A stretch of DNA of 64,000 bases, from NCBI RefSeq assembly GCF_009914755.1, contig NC_060929.1; one strand, given 5' to 3'. The position numbers and the translations under genes were made by a program. Below the pieces are notes generated by a model. The model did not search any database. It saw only the letters and a program-made list of their open reading frames with translations, and was not told the origin of the DNA. The stretch is from the human T2T-CHM13v2.0 reference genome, Homo sapiens. Shown here one piece after another: positions 1-32,440 of the stretch (positions within the stretch are counted from its first letter, which is position 1; each line of letters begins with the position of its first letter).

Positions 1-215
1 CTTACTAAAGGTCACAGGGGCTCAAAGCAACAAAGTTGGAACGTATGTGAAGCCAAATATGTGACTCACAAGTCCATGCTCTTTTGATAACACCACAACT
101 CTCTCAAAGGTGATTTATTTTAATCTGTGCAGCAAACTTTTACATAAGAGGTAACTCAACAGTACTTCACATGAGGAATAGATAAATTTAACTTTGAAAA
201 CAATCCTGTGAGGTA

Positions 216-519
216 CAGTTGGCCCTCCTTATCTATAAGTTTCACATCCACAGAGTCAACCAAACATAGATCAAAAATAGTTTTTAAAATGAAAAATAAT
301 ACAAATGTTAAAATATATATATAGAACAACTATTTACATAGCATTTACATTGTATTATGGATTATAAGTAACCTAGAGATGATTTAAAGTATACAGGAAG
401 ATGTGCATAGGTTATATGCAAATACTATGCCATTTTATATGAGGGACTTAAGCATCAGTGGCTTTTGGCATCTAAAGGAGTCCTGGAACCAATCCTTCCC
501 CTGATATGAGGGAAGACTG
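216..519 (-). mobile_element. MER2/Tigger-type MITE inserted in a MIR
   Basis: TIR-like ends CAGTTGGCCCTC...GAGGGAAGACTG flanked by TA. MIR core (CATTTT..CAGATGAGGAAACT) resumes downstream. Confidence 0.75.
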
Positions 520-1361
520 TATTGTGTTTTCCATTTTCACAGATGAGGAAACTAAAGGTCACAAAAGTAAAACATCATGCTGACAGCCAAGGGCTCTTGC
601 AAACATCTGCAGTATCACTGGGTGTGTATGCCACAGGCAGAAGGGTTACCCCATTCTCTGGGCATCTTGCAAAGAGGTGAGCTAAGTAGGGCCAGGGTGC
701 AGCTGGATGCATAACAGGGCTGTGCTTAAAGAGAGGAATCCACCCCTGTTCCTCTCCCCTTTATAGGGCAAGATGAAAGTGGAATTATGAACAAGGGACA
801 TAAAGTCTGGTCTGGGACACTAAATGGTCTGAATTTGGGTGCCAGTCATCTGGCAACACTGCTTATTAGTTCCTATGGAAAGTTGATTTTGGTCACAGCT
901 CTGCCCACTGGGAGAAAAGGAGCAACAGTTACCAAGACAAGTTGTTTCAGACATAGCCACTTTCACTGGCAAAAGGAGAGGAGGCCCCAGCTTCAGCTAG
1001 TTCATCCAAACAACCTAGAGAGAACTTCTAGTGTCAAGAAGTCTTTAATCATTCATCAAAAATAGTGACAGAGCCAGGACTTGAATCCAGGTTTCGTTAT
1101 CTCAGAATCCAGGTAGGAGCTATAAAGCTATTCCTTCATAAGTGAGGGACAACAGCCAAATCCAATAGCTATAGCAAATTTGAGGTTGTTTCACATGACT
1201 TTAGATTTCAGTTGTTCAAATGGCAGGTGAGTGTCAAACAAGGAAATGGTTCCAAGAGAATGATTCAATCATAACACCCCAGACACGGCTAGGGACATGA
1301 AAAGGAAGAACTGGGAGGAAAAGGGTACCTCAGAGATTAACAAAGGAATCACTCAATTGTC

Positions 1362-3922
<2,561 letters not shown>

Positions 3923-4200
3923 GAAATCACTCAATTTTCAACCTTTTCAGTTAAACTCATTTTTTGAATTAAAAGACAACTTCATAAATAACTGTACTCA
4001 CTGTTCTTCACCAAAAGTCTCTTTATGAAGAAAATTTCTATATAAACAAATATAAGAGCTCAAAGAGCATTTCTACTCTACAAGGCTTGGATCTCTCTCA
4101 CTCATTTATGTCATTTTTGCTTTTAAAATAAAGTTGACTGTATATAAGAAGTCTTATTGTGAATACTCTTGTAAATACCTACTCCATAATTTTTTTTTAA

Positions 4201-4537
<337 letters not shown>

Positions 4538-5354
4538 TCAATTAATTTTGAAATCATAACTGAGCTCTTAAATACAGATTTCTTTATACTAGGCTCACAG
4601 AGTTCTATGACTATTATATTAGTGTTTTACCTCTGTATAGATTTGGAGCAAAGACTTGCATTGTTTTTTCTTTGAAAGGTTGAGAGGTGTTTTGTTATGT
4701 CTTGTGAAGAACTGTTCTTACTAAACTGGTACTGATCTAAGAATGCTCCTGTTTTTATTCCTTTCCATCCCTAAATTGAACCAAAGATGACAGGAAATCA
4801 AGCTTTTTCAATTCATTTCTTTATTCACAAACGGCTCATTTGATGAAATAATATTACCTCCTTTTTGCATGAGATCAAAACCAGGGCCTTAGTGTTCATT
4901 TATTCCTACATTTGCTCCTTGGAGGCATGGATCTGTGAATCAAATGACACATTGCTAGTGTTTATGAATCACAAAGGCCATTTAAAAACAGAACATTCAC
5001 CCTGTATGTAGATTTATTTTTTCTCTCCCTTCTTCTATTTTCTCACCGCTTTCTTTCTTGCTTTCTTTCATTTTTTTCTTCTTTTAGCTGTACACACTAT
5101 AATTTAACTCATAAACAAAACTAATATTAATACAGTTATGTTTTATGATAAGTTGAAATAATTGAGTATTAAAATATGATCATAAGAAAGTTTTGCTTCC
5201 TAGATTTGTACTATATTTTACAGTCTAGATATATCTTAGTATATTGCTAATGTAATATTATGTTTTGAATATTTGTAGTTTTTACAAGACCATTTGTATA
5301 TTTGTAGTTGTTACAAGACCATTTCTTGGTACTTGGGATCAGTAGGTTAGTGAG

Positions 5355-5710
5355 TCGGGGGTGTGACTTACACAGTGTTTCCCCAGAAGCATATACTGAG
5401 ACAAGAATTTGAATACAGGTAGTTTACTTCAGAATTAAATCCCAGAAGCACCAGTAGAGGAATAGAGAAGTGATCCAGGGAAGGGAAAAAAGAAAATCAA
5501 TAATGTTACCTTCATAAGGCAGATTACAGTTGTGGACAATTGAGGCTCGATTCTGTTGATAACTCGGGCAGACGGGTAGAAGTTGTAGTTGAGTGATCAG
5601 TGGGATCACATGGAGAGCCACGGCTCTCCATGAGGGAGAAGAGAGATACAAATATGGAATGAGGGAGAATAAGAAAGATCCTGTGGTATTTGAATGGAAT
5701 TATTGACATC
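5355..5710 (-). mobile_element. Old ERVL-type LTR (LTR16/LTR33-like)
   Basis: CCCCAGAAGCA..CTGAGACAAGAATTTGAAT..AGTTTA..CCCAGAAGCACC resembles the recalled consensus. Confidence 0.5.
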
Positions 5711-6261
5711 TGTATGAACTCAACATTTTTTAAAAGCGTGTGTGTGAATGTGTGTGTATACGTACACTTACATGTGCACAGAGCATAACTAGTGGGAGTT
5801 TGAGGGTTTTGTCAACATTTGGGTCAAAGTTTTAAAGGAAGGAGCCTATCTCTGAAGGAGACAACGTAAGTGGCAGTGACCTGAAACAACGAGAAATCCC
5901 CAAAGGGGAAACCTAGACGTAAAAAGTTTTCTCCTCCTTTTTGGACAATATACTTTAAGAGGTCTTCTCTGCACTGAACAGGAAATACTTTGCATTTTTA
6001 TTTAATGAGGAGATCACTTGAAAAATAATTTTATTTTCTTTTTTCTTCTTTTTATTTTAATACCACTATACTAATGAGAAAGAAATCACTTTTTTCTTAA
6101 TCAGTTCAAGAAAGTAGGGTAACATTTGCCATAAAATAAGCTTGTCTTCACTTTCATAAAATAAACATAAGTGAATAAGTTTGCAAACTTAATATTTGAT
6201 TTTTTTTTTTTTTTAAAGAGGGTTGTAGGAAGAGGAGGTATAGCATTAAGTAAAAGATTTA

Positions 6262-6912
<651 letters not shown>

Positions 6913-7109
6913 CTAATAGTGGCAGACAAAGTGATATAGTTTGACTGTGTCCCCCACATTTCATGTGTTGAAAACTTAACTCCCAATGCAATAGTGTTGG
7001 GAGGTGGGGCCTAATGAGAGGTGTTTAGGTCACGAGTTTGTCAAAAGATGCTAGAGAAAATTATCTCTAAATATGTTGAGTCTACTTGGAAATAGAAATA
7101 AGGATTATA

Positions 7110-7440
<331 letters not shown>

Positions 7441-7659
7441 TCACCAGAGCATTCAGTGAAGAAAGGGTAAGGAGAGCCTTTATTAGCAAAAAATATTTAC
7501 ATGAGCTGCTTAGAAATGGCTCATTGGTCATGGAGTTTCTAAGCCAGAGTTGCTGTTAGTTCATTGATAGAAATGCCATTACTGGGCAAATGTTTTTCCA
7601 AGAACAGCTCAACTTAATCACTGCAGTCTTAAAGAATGTCTTGTGATAAATCTTTTGCG

Positions 7660-7968
7660 TTTTTTTGTTTGTTTGTTTTTTTTTTTGAGATGGAGTCTCA
7701 CTCTGTCGCCCAGGCTGGATACAGTAGCGCTGTAGTGAGCTCACTGCAACCTTCACCTCCTGGGTTCGAGTAATTCTCTTGCCTCAGCCTCCTGAGTAGC
7801 TAGGATTACAGGCACATGCCACCACACCTGGCTAATTTTTGTATTTTTAGTAGAGATGAGGTTTCACCACATTGACCAGGCTGGTCTCAAACTCCTGACC
7901 TCAAGTGATCAGCCCGCCTCAGCCTCCCAAAGTGCTGGGATTATAAGCGTGAGCCACCGTGCCCGGCC
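7660..7968 (-). mobile_element. Alu (S-type)
   Basis: Alu consensus; TSD TCTTGTGATAAATCTT. Confidence 0.93.
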
Positions 7969-8909
7969 ATCTTGTGATAAATCTTATCAAAGGGTGTATG
8001 AAAGAAGTGAAAGGATTTTTAGAAAGTTCTTGGAACAGTTCTTATCTCAGATATGTAAGTATGAGCCTCCTCTCCTTCAGGACTTGCTGTCCCTATTTTG
8101 CCCTGTGGAGACACAGAGCTAAACCATATCATTCCACCCATGGCCTCTCCCAAATCTCATGTCATTCTCACATTTCAACACACAATCATGCCTTCCCAAA
8201 AGTCCCCAAAAGAAAAAAAATAAAGAAAATCATTGCCAGTCCCTTGAGCAGATGATATAACTCATACCAATACTTGTATAGAAGAAGCATATTCTGAGTA
8301 TTCAAAATTGAATCAGACTCAGAGGTAAAAAGATATAGCCTCAAAAAATGTGGCATACCTAAAATATCCGTGAATCTTCTTACTCATTTAAATAAACTAA
8401 ATTTGAATTTCAAATTCACTGACTTTTCCTATTACTATGATGTGAGACAGGAAGCGTCCTTCAAGATTTATACTTTTTAAAAAATAAATGACTACACTAT
8501 TTTTCAACAGGACGAATGCTACAGGAAATGAGCATACAAAATAAGAAACAGAAAGTGGAGGCGGTTAGCAATGGCTTTAATTTGGCTCCTTACTTTCACA
8601 CAAAAACACCTGCAGAGAGCTTCAAATGCTATGCATGTGCTGATGATTCTCAAATTTACAACTTCTGAAAAAGTCTTTTTTCTGACACCCCCACATCCTC
8701 CTGTTCATTCTTCAGATCTCAGCCTAAAAAAGGTCAATTCCCAGAGAATCCCTTTCCTGAGATCCAAGACTAGGTCAGTTTTAAGACAGGGGTTTTCAAT
8801 CCTTTTGACCTTGATCTACCATAAGAAATATATTTCATATCATGATCTGGTGCACACATATGCAAATATGCATTCTTAAACAAATGATTATCTCTATCTG
8901 CCAGTCACT

Positions 8910-9580
8910 ATTATAAACCACTAGGGATACAAAGTGAATAAAACGTATAAAAACTTTGCTTTAATGGAGTTTACATTCTAGTAATTCTGTTTCTGCCTTT
9001 GCCTTCCTTAAAACTATTCTCAATCCTGCAGCCAAAGTGATCCTATTAAAACATAAATCAGACGTCACTCTTTTCCTCAATGCCATCCAATGGCTTCCCA
9101 TCTCACTCAGAGTCAAAACCAAGGCCCTGCCTACTACAAATCACGTAGCCTTACATGATCTGCCCCACTGACCATGACTCACCCTCTTTCCTCGTCACCT
9201 GCTAGTCCTCCCATTCACTCCCCTTCAGTCATATTGGCCTTGCTTCTCTTCAGACGGGCCAGCCACACTCAGGGCCTTTGCACTGACTATTCCTTCTGCC
9301 TGGAATGTTCCTCCTCCAAGTATCCATATGGCTAACTCCCTCAATTCTTTGAGATCTTTAACCACAAGGCGCTTTCCCAAATAAGTCTTCTCTGGCTACC
9401 CTTTTTAAAATTTTAACCCCCACCCTTCACATTTTATATACTCCCCTTCCTTGCCTTTTTTCAGCTTCTTGTCATCTTATAACATATTCTATATTTTACT
9501 AATTTATCTTGTTTATTTTCTATCTTTCCTCTTGAAAGCATACTCTATAAGCCCCTGGATTTATATATTCATTCACTGAC
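8910..9580. mobile_element. L2 fragments
   Basis: GCAGCCAAAGTGATCCT..AAAACATAAATCAGA and CTTCTGCCTGGAATGTTC motifs; a reverse-oriented L2 3' piece at about 8915-8985. Confidence 0.7.
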
Positions 9581-9789
9581 AACGTAAGCAGAAATAAAAG
9601 TTTCACAAAAGAATACTTATCCTTATTATCTGTGATTTACTAGGATGTTTTATTATTTAGTTTGTTAAAAATACTGGTCTTAAGCCACTAGATAGATTTC
9701 ATGACCCACTCATAGATCATGATCCACAGTTTACACTGTCTTAATGTAAGCTTTCATTGTATCTGACAAATTGTTTCATAGCACATCAC

Positions 9790-9793
<4 letters not shown>

Positions 9794-9822
<29 letters not shown>
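9794..9822. repeat. (GT)n microsatellite
   Basis: Direct reading. Confidence 0.95.
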
Positions 9823-9825
<3 letters not shown>

Positions 9826-10631
9826 ATTCCCTACCCTACTGTGGGTCCTATGCAGAGCTGAGAAGTCAGGGCTGCCTTACTCACCGCTACGTTTCCAGCA
9901 CAGAGCATAGTACCATAACAAGTCCAAGTCATGTGCACACAGAAGTTAAAAGGGAGCAGAAACTATAAGCAGAAGTTAGCCACCAGGAAGACAATGAACA
10001 GAAACACAGAGGGAAATAGAAACTGACCCATGAAAGAGAGAGATAGAGCTGTAGTTCCAGTTCGCAGTCCATAAGTTTCTTTACCCCCCATTATTTTAGA
10101 CTGAGTTTTTGTTTTTTGGAACTTATACTATATTAATAGCATATGAATTAAACATCTTGATCAATCAGAGCAAACAATCCAAAAACTTCTGTAAAATAAA
10201 TATCAATAGTTTCTAAATTTTAGGAAAGTGATATTGGGTAAATGGAAGGATTAATTTTGTAGTCTGGAGATGGGGAAGGCAGAAAACCATGTTTGCTTCT
10301 GTAGCTTCCATGTCCCTGTACCACCTAGCCAACTTGCTTTGCTCTGCTGCTTAGCTCTGCCACACAAAAGGGCTCCTGCCTGGCCCCTTGCCCTACAGGA
10401 CGAAAGATAACCTACGGTGTTTTAGGAAGATGCTTTCAAAGGTAAATGGAACTCACAGGAGTGATCTCTCTCGGTGTCCTCTCTTCTAGGAGGCTTAGGT
10501 AAAATAGGTCTGATCCTCATTCAGGGAAGTGTCTAGGTTAGTAATGCAGGCCAGCTTAAGTTTAGGTATTTGGACTTGCTCTTTTCCAGTCTAGCACATT
10601 TCTCTCTACCTCATTTTACATAAGAGTTGTA

Positions 10632-10979
<348 letters not shown>

Positions 10980-11788
10980 CTAACTCACTAGATTCTGTAT
11001 TGGAGATGGGAGACAAAACCTCACATAGAAATAGTGTTCCTATGAATATGTTGTTTTTTGTTTCTCATATATATAAATATATGTATATGAAACCACACAC
11101 ACATATACAGGAATATATATTTTTGGTATTATTTTACATCCATTAATTATTTCACTTTCAAAAATTTCCTTAGTAGTGGCAGACTTATCCATAAAGCTAA
11201 CAAACCTTAAGCTTCAGTGCTTTGCATTGTTTGGGCCCCTTCTAAGAAATGAATGTAATTTTGTCTATCATTTTGAAGAGAGCCTCTCAAACTGTATAAT
11301 CTTCATGCGCCATAAAGTCTGGATCTAACTATACCTTCAGGAATGTTATCGGTTGTATTGGCTGAGTAGGGTTAAAGGTTTCAGGAACTCAGGTTTGACC
11401 AGCAGCCCTAGCTTTCATAAGGAAAAAAAAGAGACAATATAATAATAATATATAGGCCAACAACAGAGAAGTCCACTCATTTAATGCTTACTATATTTAA
11501 AAACCTTCAAATCTGCAAGGCTATACGTTTCTTTCTGAAAGCAAAAATTGGGGTATAATGTAGGGTTGCTATTTATCCCATCAATTAGAAACTTTTGGTG
11601 GCAGGATGGAAAAAAAAATCCTTGCCTTTCTCAGGAATGGAACTATTCTGTTCAAGTTTGCTTCTGGCCACTGCATCTCCAAAGCCTCTGCAGCATATGT
11701 GCAGTGAGCAGCCCAGAAGAAGGCTGAGTACAGTGTATGAGACTGCATCATTGCATATAAATTGACTTGAATGATAATTCCAGAGTCT

Positions 11789-12800
<1,012 letters not shown>

Positions 12801-13490
12801 ATCATTTTTAAAAAGTTTTCAGTTATTCTAATAAAAGCATATCATTTCCACATTAAATCATACTTTCTGTTAGTTGAAGTCATTTTAGGAGGCTAATATT
12901 TCTGAATCTTTAAAAATTTATGCTACTGATAGGCTTAATTCTACTTTAAAGTGAAATAGGCAACTGATTTAATTAATCTAACTTATGGTATGCTTTGGAT
13001 ATTGTGTGGATTTTTTTAATTAGCAAAAAAACTAAATTAAATTCAACAAGAAATCCTTCTTTCAATTTATTTTATTTAACACAATGACCAGAAACCTACA
13101 GAAGCTATAAAATTTCTTAACGAAACATTTCATATGGGAGGAAAAGTTTTTATCCCCTACATAAAAAGGTTATTACAGAATTGATCTATACCAAAATTAA
13201 AACATTTTTGAAGTTTTATAAAACTACATGTTAACATAAGACTCTCCAACCTTGTAATTTTCTAGCACCTTTTATCTGTGCAGTCAGGCATTTCACAGCA
13301 CCTTATGATACATTTATAGTGACTTTTCCTAAATGGGAGAAGCAGATGAGTCAAATGACTTATACTAGATTCTCCATGAGTCAGAGGTACGACTGTTCCA
13401 ATGAGTCATTACCTATCAGTTCTAAAGTAATTGTCAGGAGAATCATTTAAACATAAACCCCAGAAATCATAGAAGGAAAGAACATTTTAA

Positions 13491-14241
<751 letters not shown>

Positions 14242-15029
14242 TGACAAGTCAATAGTTTTCTACTAATTCCGTCATTACTATCTGGTATCCTGGCTTGTAA
14301 GATAACCACCTTATAAGTAATCTAACAAATAACACTGTGGCAGAAAATATAATTATAAAATTATTAGATGTTATAAAACAAGAACATCTGATCACAGAGT
14401 TTTTGCTACTTTGTCCTTTAGTGATAAAGTTTCTTACGAAAACACATACCAGAAATAAAGCACTAATATTTTGTATACAAGTCTAAACTTTTATAATAAT
14501 TAGTTCTCACATAGACTAAAAAATAGGTTGGGCCCAGATACCCTTGTTTTCAAATTATGAAATGTAAGATTGTGCTAGTAAGAGACGTATTTCAGACAAC
14601 CCATTTAAAGCAGTGTGGTTTTAAAAAGTGAATAAGTAGAAAAAAACTTGATCTAAAGCCCACTGGGAAAAAGATACGTTACCATAAGAGATCCAGTAAT
14701 TCTAGAACAGTATGATGTTGGCACAGGAATCTCTAACCTTGTTGGTGGAGGCCTATGAGGTCAGTAAGATTGTGTGCCAAGCAAACAGCAGATTCTAATC
14801 AAATTCCTGGTTGCCTGGTTACAGTATTTGATAATGAAAAATGAAAACCTTGTTCTTTTTAGTTAGTACATGTTCTGTTAGTATAAATTTATAGTGACAG
14901 AACTAATAAAACTCTGGGACCTTGCCCTAAGAGTACATGTAACATAATGTAAGGTAAGTCCTTGTTGAATCCAGCAAAATGGTATTAACTACATGAAATA
15001 CCCAAAAGCCCTCATTAGAAAGGAATCTT

Positions 15030-15367
<338 letters not shown>

Positions 15368-15806
15368 TTACCTTATATCTTCACCATTAATACCCTTTGC
15401 AGGGCCCCAGTAGGGAACTCATTGTGAGTGGGACCATGTACCTTTCTTCAGGATCACCTCACGAGTAATTTTCCTTGGTAGAGTCTAAGACAGACCTGTA
15501 TCATCAAGGAAAGTCCAATTTCACTAAATACCTGTACAATTTAAGTTTCTATTTTATGAACCAATTCCCATATCCAAACAAATTACCCATGAATCGTAAG
15601 GCAGTTTACATGGTTCAACAAATTATACTGAATGGAAAGCGCTATATAAAAGTTTTGTTCCCAAACACCAAAATATCCAACGTGACTACTCTGGAATTAA
15701 TTCTTTATGCTCTGTGTTTGTATGCTGGGACCTTAATCGGCTGCAAAACAGGAAAGAAGAACAGAGAAGTGACGTAAACAGGAATAGACCCACTGGGCAA
15801 CTCTAA

Positions 15807-17703
<1,897 letters not shown>

Positions 17704-17989
17704 TGATCTACACTTTTAGCAATTGGCTTCTTTTAAACATTATTTAAAACCAGCAATTTTAACGTCCTATTAAGTTTGTTCAAATGGGAGTTTAATTATA
17801 CTGAATTTTTCCATTTCTTAAACTAATTTATAGCAAATGGCCAGTGGGGAGAAACAACTCTTCTACGAAAAAACTGAATCGCATTTAGGGGCTGAGCCAA
17901 ATGTCTGCTTAGATTAAATGAGATGTGACAAAAATCAGTATGAGTCCTTGTCCTTGTAGTGAGAAAAAATAATTTTAAAAAAATCAATC

Positions 17990-18594
<605 letters not shown>

Positions 18595-19104
18595 CTATTC
18601 AAAAAAAAGGAAATAGAATTTTTTAAATTAAACTAACAGTTTCCCTTGAAATATTATGAAGACCGATAACATAATCTACTGCGAAAACCCTATTGTTAAA
18701 ACAGTAAAATACACAGCAAATGCCATCCTATCCCTCAGGTTAATAAGCTGTGCTATCTTGCAATCAGGAAGAATGCAGTCAATCAAGCGTCTTTTGGAGT
18801 CAAAGAACAGTACTCCAAAAAGCCATATCAACAGTAATATTTTGTTGTGTCCCATCATATGTTATTTAATATACTCCTTAGGGTGAAAAATGGGTGTGGT
18901 TCCAAAATTAAATCTTTCACCTTTATGGATAAAAGGGTAAGTTAAAGTACAAAGGGAAAATAATGTTAAGCTTCTTTTTGTTTTTAAACCTCAAAAGGTT
19001 TTATTAATCTCAAGACTGACAGACACAAAAACCAAACTTTGATAAAGGAGATGGACAAGAACATACATAATAGATTATGAATTATTCAGTATAGCCTATT
19101 TTAA

Positions 19105-19496
<392 letters not shown>

Positions 19497-20436
19497 TTAA
19501 AATGATTGAATCCACTAGTAACAACAAAAAAAATCTTGGAATTACTTTTCTTTAATACTAGTATCAAGAAATTTGATAGAGACACAAAACTGCAGGCAGC
19601 TGGGTGTATGTAAGAGGCAGGAGAACATAATGGCAATAGCACTTTTTCAGGCCCACTTCTCTGACCCTATCTCTAGCTCTATACCAACACACTTTTCTTC
19701 CCGCCTTCCAATAGATTGTCCCAGGCAGCAGGAATTATATAAACTGTCTCTGGACAGGTATACAAATAACCAAACAAATATCATACAGCTAATAAATGAT
19801 AAACACCATGCACAAAGCGCTATGGACACAGAGAAGCATAGCTGGTGTTATTCTGACCTGGCCACTTTCTAGTGCTATGAGTACTGGCATTGCCATAGCA
19901 ACATCGTTGACCCACTGTAAATGAAGATAAAGTTTAGATTAAGGAAACAAAATTTAATAAACAATCTATTGTAAGTACAGTATATGAATGGGTACATACA
20001 ACTTTGCTTCCCCTTGGGAATTAATGGTAATTTTTTTTCTGCTAAAATCTTTTGTTTTCTCCTCTTGGCCCGCATAGAGGAAGTAAAAAAATAAAAGAAT
20101 ATTAAAAAAAGAAAATAAATTTTGTTAACTTATTACAATTTTAAAAAATGTTTCTCTCTTTAAATGATGGGTGGCAGTACTATGAGTATTTGAGAGCAAT
20201 TCATAATGTAAAACCTCTATTGTGCTTTGAAATGCATTTGAGGAAGAAGGGAGCTAAATGTTCACCTTCCTTATTGCATTTTGCTTAAGCTAATACAACA
20301 ATTAATTTTAATCTATTAAGACATTAATGATGTTTAAGCTGAGTAAATTGGATGAAGGAAAATGCTAACTAAAATTTCGCAGAGTTGGCCCATAGAGAAG
20401 GTAATTCAAACTCCAACATACATATGAGGCATTTAA

Positions 20437-20803
<367 letters not shown>

Positions 20804-21249
20804 TTCTTTTCTTATTACCATTAAAAATGTTTTCCTAAACCCTCCATACTTTCTCGATGTCTACTCTAACGCCAACTTGCTATACTTCTTTCAGCTGCTT
20901 CTAACATTCAGCTTAGAAGACGAGATTAGATACAGCAGGATCTAGTGATAGCATAAACAACCTCCCTCAGCTAAACTGGCTTGAAATAGTGAGGTAAAAC
21001 AAAACAAAAATATCTTAGAGACTGAGCTGTGAGGTTCACAGAGAAAAGTTAAACATTCAGTGTACCAACAGGGGCATTCATCAACAATATTTATATGAGT
21101 GTCTACTACGGACCAAACTTAGGATTGTTCTAGGATTGTTTATAAATGACTAAATTTACAGTGACAGGCCCTAATTCTGACCACAATTAAATTTGATAAT
21201 GATAGTTAAAATGAGGAAATACCAGAAGGGGCATATATGACTTGTTATT

Positions 21250-22345
<1,096 letters not shown>

Positions 22346-23393
22346 TTAATAGTAACTACACATATAAATTATTTCAATTTAATTTAATTTTATCTACCAA
22401 CTTCTACCTTTCAGGTAACCACATTCCAATTAGGCATACAGTTTGGGCTATAAAACTAATAGTTAATATTAATTGAGCCTGTAATATGGTGTAGGTGCTG
22501 ATCTAATTTGTGAGGCAGGTGCTGTTTTGGACATCCCTAGTAAAGCCCTGAGAGTTTAAAGTTACATGGCCAGTGAAGTCCAGAGCCAGGATTCAAACAC
22601 AGGCAGTCTGGCCCAAGCCTAACCACTGCTCTGTAGAGCCCCTCAACTAAAAGAGGCTAATGAGCCAATAACGATGAATCTTGTGCCTTGAGAAATGAGG
22701 GTCAAAGCACAGTTCCTTACAGGAGCCAGGATTTCCATCATTTTTACAACAAAATCTTTCCTCCTTTGCTTTTAGCCCTATGGGGGAGCTAAATTTTAGT
22801 CAGAATTAGGCATTGAAAGAGAGACGAACGGCCGTGGTTATTCAAGTAGCCTAGACACCCCTAATATCTGCTCACACTGAAAGTCTGGTCATTAGTGCCA
22901 GCCTCTTCCTAATGGAGCAGCTGGTAAGGTTCACTGAGGACTTGTAATTTACTATTAAGGAATAAACATGAACTCCTTCACAAAAGATGAATTTTCTTTC
23001 TAATTGTCCATCAGTTACTTGCTCCTCCTGTCACTGTCTTAACTCAGTCCATAACTTTGGGCAGGTTAAATGCTTTATGCTTGTTCACCTTTGAAATGGC
23101 TTATTAATACCTGAGTGGAAGAAACACTATAAACACAAAATATTAATTATACTTACCTTCAGGATTATAAACATAACTAGATTCTTCAATGAGATGACAT
23201 AAATTAACATTGATTCAGTGCTTTAAATTTTCACAATCTTATTTATGTACAATTGCAATGTCATTTTCATTCCTCAGTTGCAGAATCAGAGTCACAGTTT
23301 TGCAAAGTAACTTGCTTAAAGTTTCATGGCATAATATTAGTTGGGATTCCTAGCCTGGACTACTCTTTGTCCATATGTCCATATTCAAAGTTC

Positions 23394-24985
<1,592 letters not shown>

Positions 24986-25871
24986 TCAGAACATAACTGC
25001 TTTCCAATTGAATAACATCTGGTTAAAAGTAAACACATTCTCATGAATTTATGCTTATCTGGAATCCAGAATGAGGTTTTAAAATATTGCAGCAACTGGG
25101 TGATGGTGGGAGAAAGTATGTCATTAGAATTGAATATGTGGCATAATTCTTAAGCTAAGTTTTAGGGCAATTAAGAAATAAGTGAGACTATCAGAATCAA
25201 GATATATTTATAACAGTAAAAATCAGAAGCTTTTCAGCTAAAACATTCTATGTACTAATACAAAATTATGCTTTTACCAAATCCTTTCCCTTACTCCAAA
25301 TTTCTTTATTTAAGGTAGGGATCAAGGGGCACATATTTTCCACATTTGGAAAATATGTTCTTTGGTAACAAAGAAGAGATAATACATACTGTTTGTAGAT
25401 CCCTGGACCTGCCACACAAACTGTTTGCAGGTCCCTGGACTGGCCGAGCTGCTTCATAAACCTTGCTTAAGCTGCCTTTGCTTATGCTACCCACTTGGCC
25501 TGGAAAGCCTTCCCTTTCCAGAAAAGTCCAGAAGAAACTGTTCCATATCCATTACTATTTCCTTCCCTTTCTCAAGAACTGATGATTTCCTTCATATGGC
25601 AAATCCTGTTTGCCTGACAGGTTGCTTCTCTAAGATTATTTATATCGGTTATTGTATTTACTTGATTACATGCTTCTGCCACATAGCTGGATTGTGAGCT
25701 CTTTTGAATGCTGGCATTTTGCAGACTCCTTGATCCTCTTCAAATATGTAGCTTTTTGAAGTATCATGAGGGCTAAGATCTTAGTTGAGTGCCAGAGCAT
25801 TCCTATTTTAATAATAGCTACCTCCTTAGGAAACACTAGAATACTCAAAATTCTTTAATTAGCTGACCATT

Positions 25872-26400
<529 letters not shown>

Positions 26401-26431
26401 TAGCTAACAAGCTCTAGTGAGCACAGTGAGT

Positions 26432-27866
<1,435 letters not shown>

Positions 27867-28243
27867 AGTTTTGCCATTTCTGGCAAGGGGTTATATTTTA
27901 GGGGTGAATTTAGTTATTTTTTTAACAGTGTAGTCTAAGTGACATTTTTCTGTTTTAATGTTAAAATATGACCCACGAACAAACAAGATTAAGTCTGGAT
28001 TTTCTAAAGGAATTTCTAATCTATTTAATGCACAGATATTTCACAAACATAGGTTAGACAGTCAAGAATTTCCTTTTCTTCAGGTGATGGAAGGAAAGTA
28101 ATAGGATTTTCCAAGATTATAACAATGATTAGAAATATGTAACAGAGAAGGTAATAGGATTTCATAAGAGATAAGCTTATTTACTAAGAAATGTTGTATA
28201 TATTCAGTGAGAACCAAAGATTACACAGCGTGAGGGACCATGA

Positions 28244-28633
<390 letters not shown>

Positions 28634-28741
28634 GGAAGGGCTCATTTTTAACTCAAGAAAGACTCGTTCATATTTAGATTCCCAAAGAAGCGGTTTGTTA
28701 CAAAGACTGGTTAACTCATATAGCTTCTTTGAACAGACACT

Positions 28742-29906
<1,165 letters not shown>

Positions 29907-30036
29907 CACTGTTGGGCGCCCACTGCCTGAAAAAGCCAATGTCAACTAGGAGTCTTCTTAATTGTGTCTTAGTTAGTGGCTTAGCAAAGTTTCAAATGGC
30001 CTATAATCTGTCAGAAGGATTTATCTCCTTGGGATG

Positions 30037-30882
<846 letters not shown>

Positions 30883-31059
30883 AAATCATGTCCTAGCTAA
30901 TGAACTTTACTTTTATAAAATTATAACTTCTCTTTGGAAACCTTATGGCATTTCTGAGCTAAAACAGCAAGTAAAGAGATGGAATCAGTCTTAGGATTTA
31001 CCTCATCTTTAGAACACAACAAAAAGTAATCTACATTTGGGGTTTATGTTGTTTATCTT

Positions 31060-32440
<1,381 letters not shown>

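Noticed and set aside
18656-18886. Overlapping opposite-strand ORFs in unique sequence
   Set aside because: Short, with no recognisable homology or splice context.
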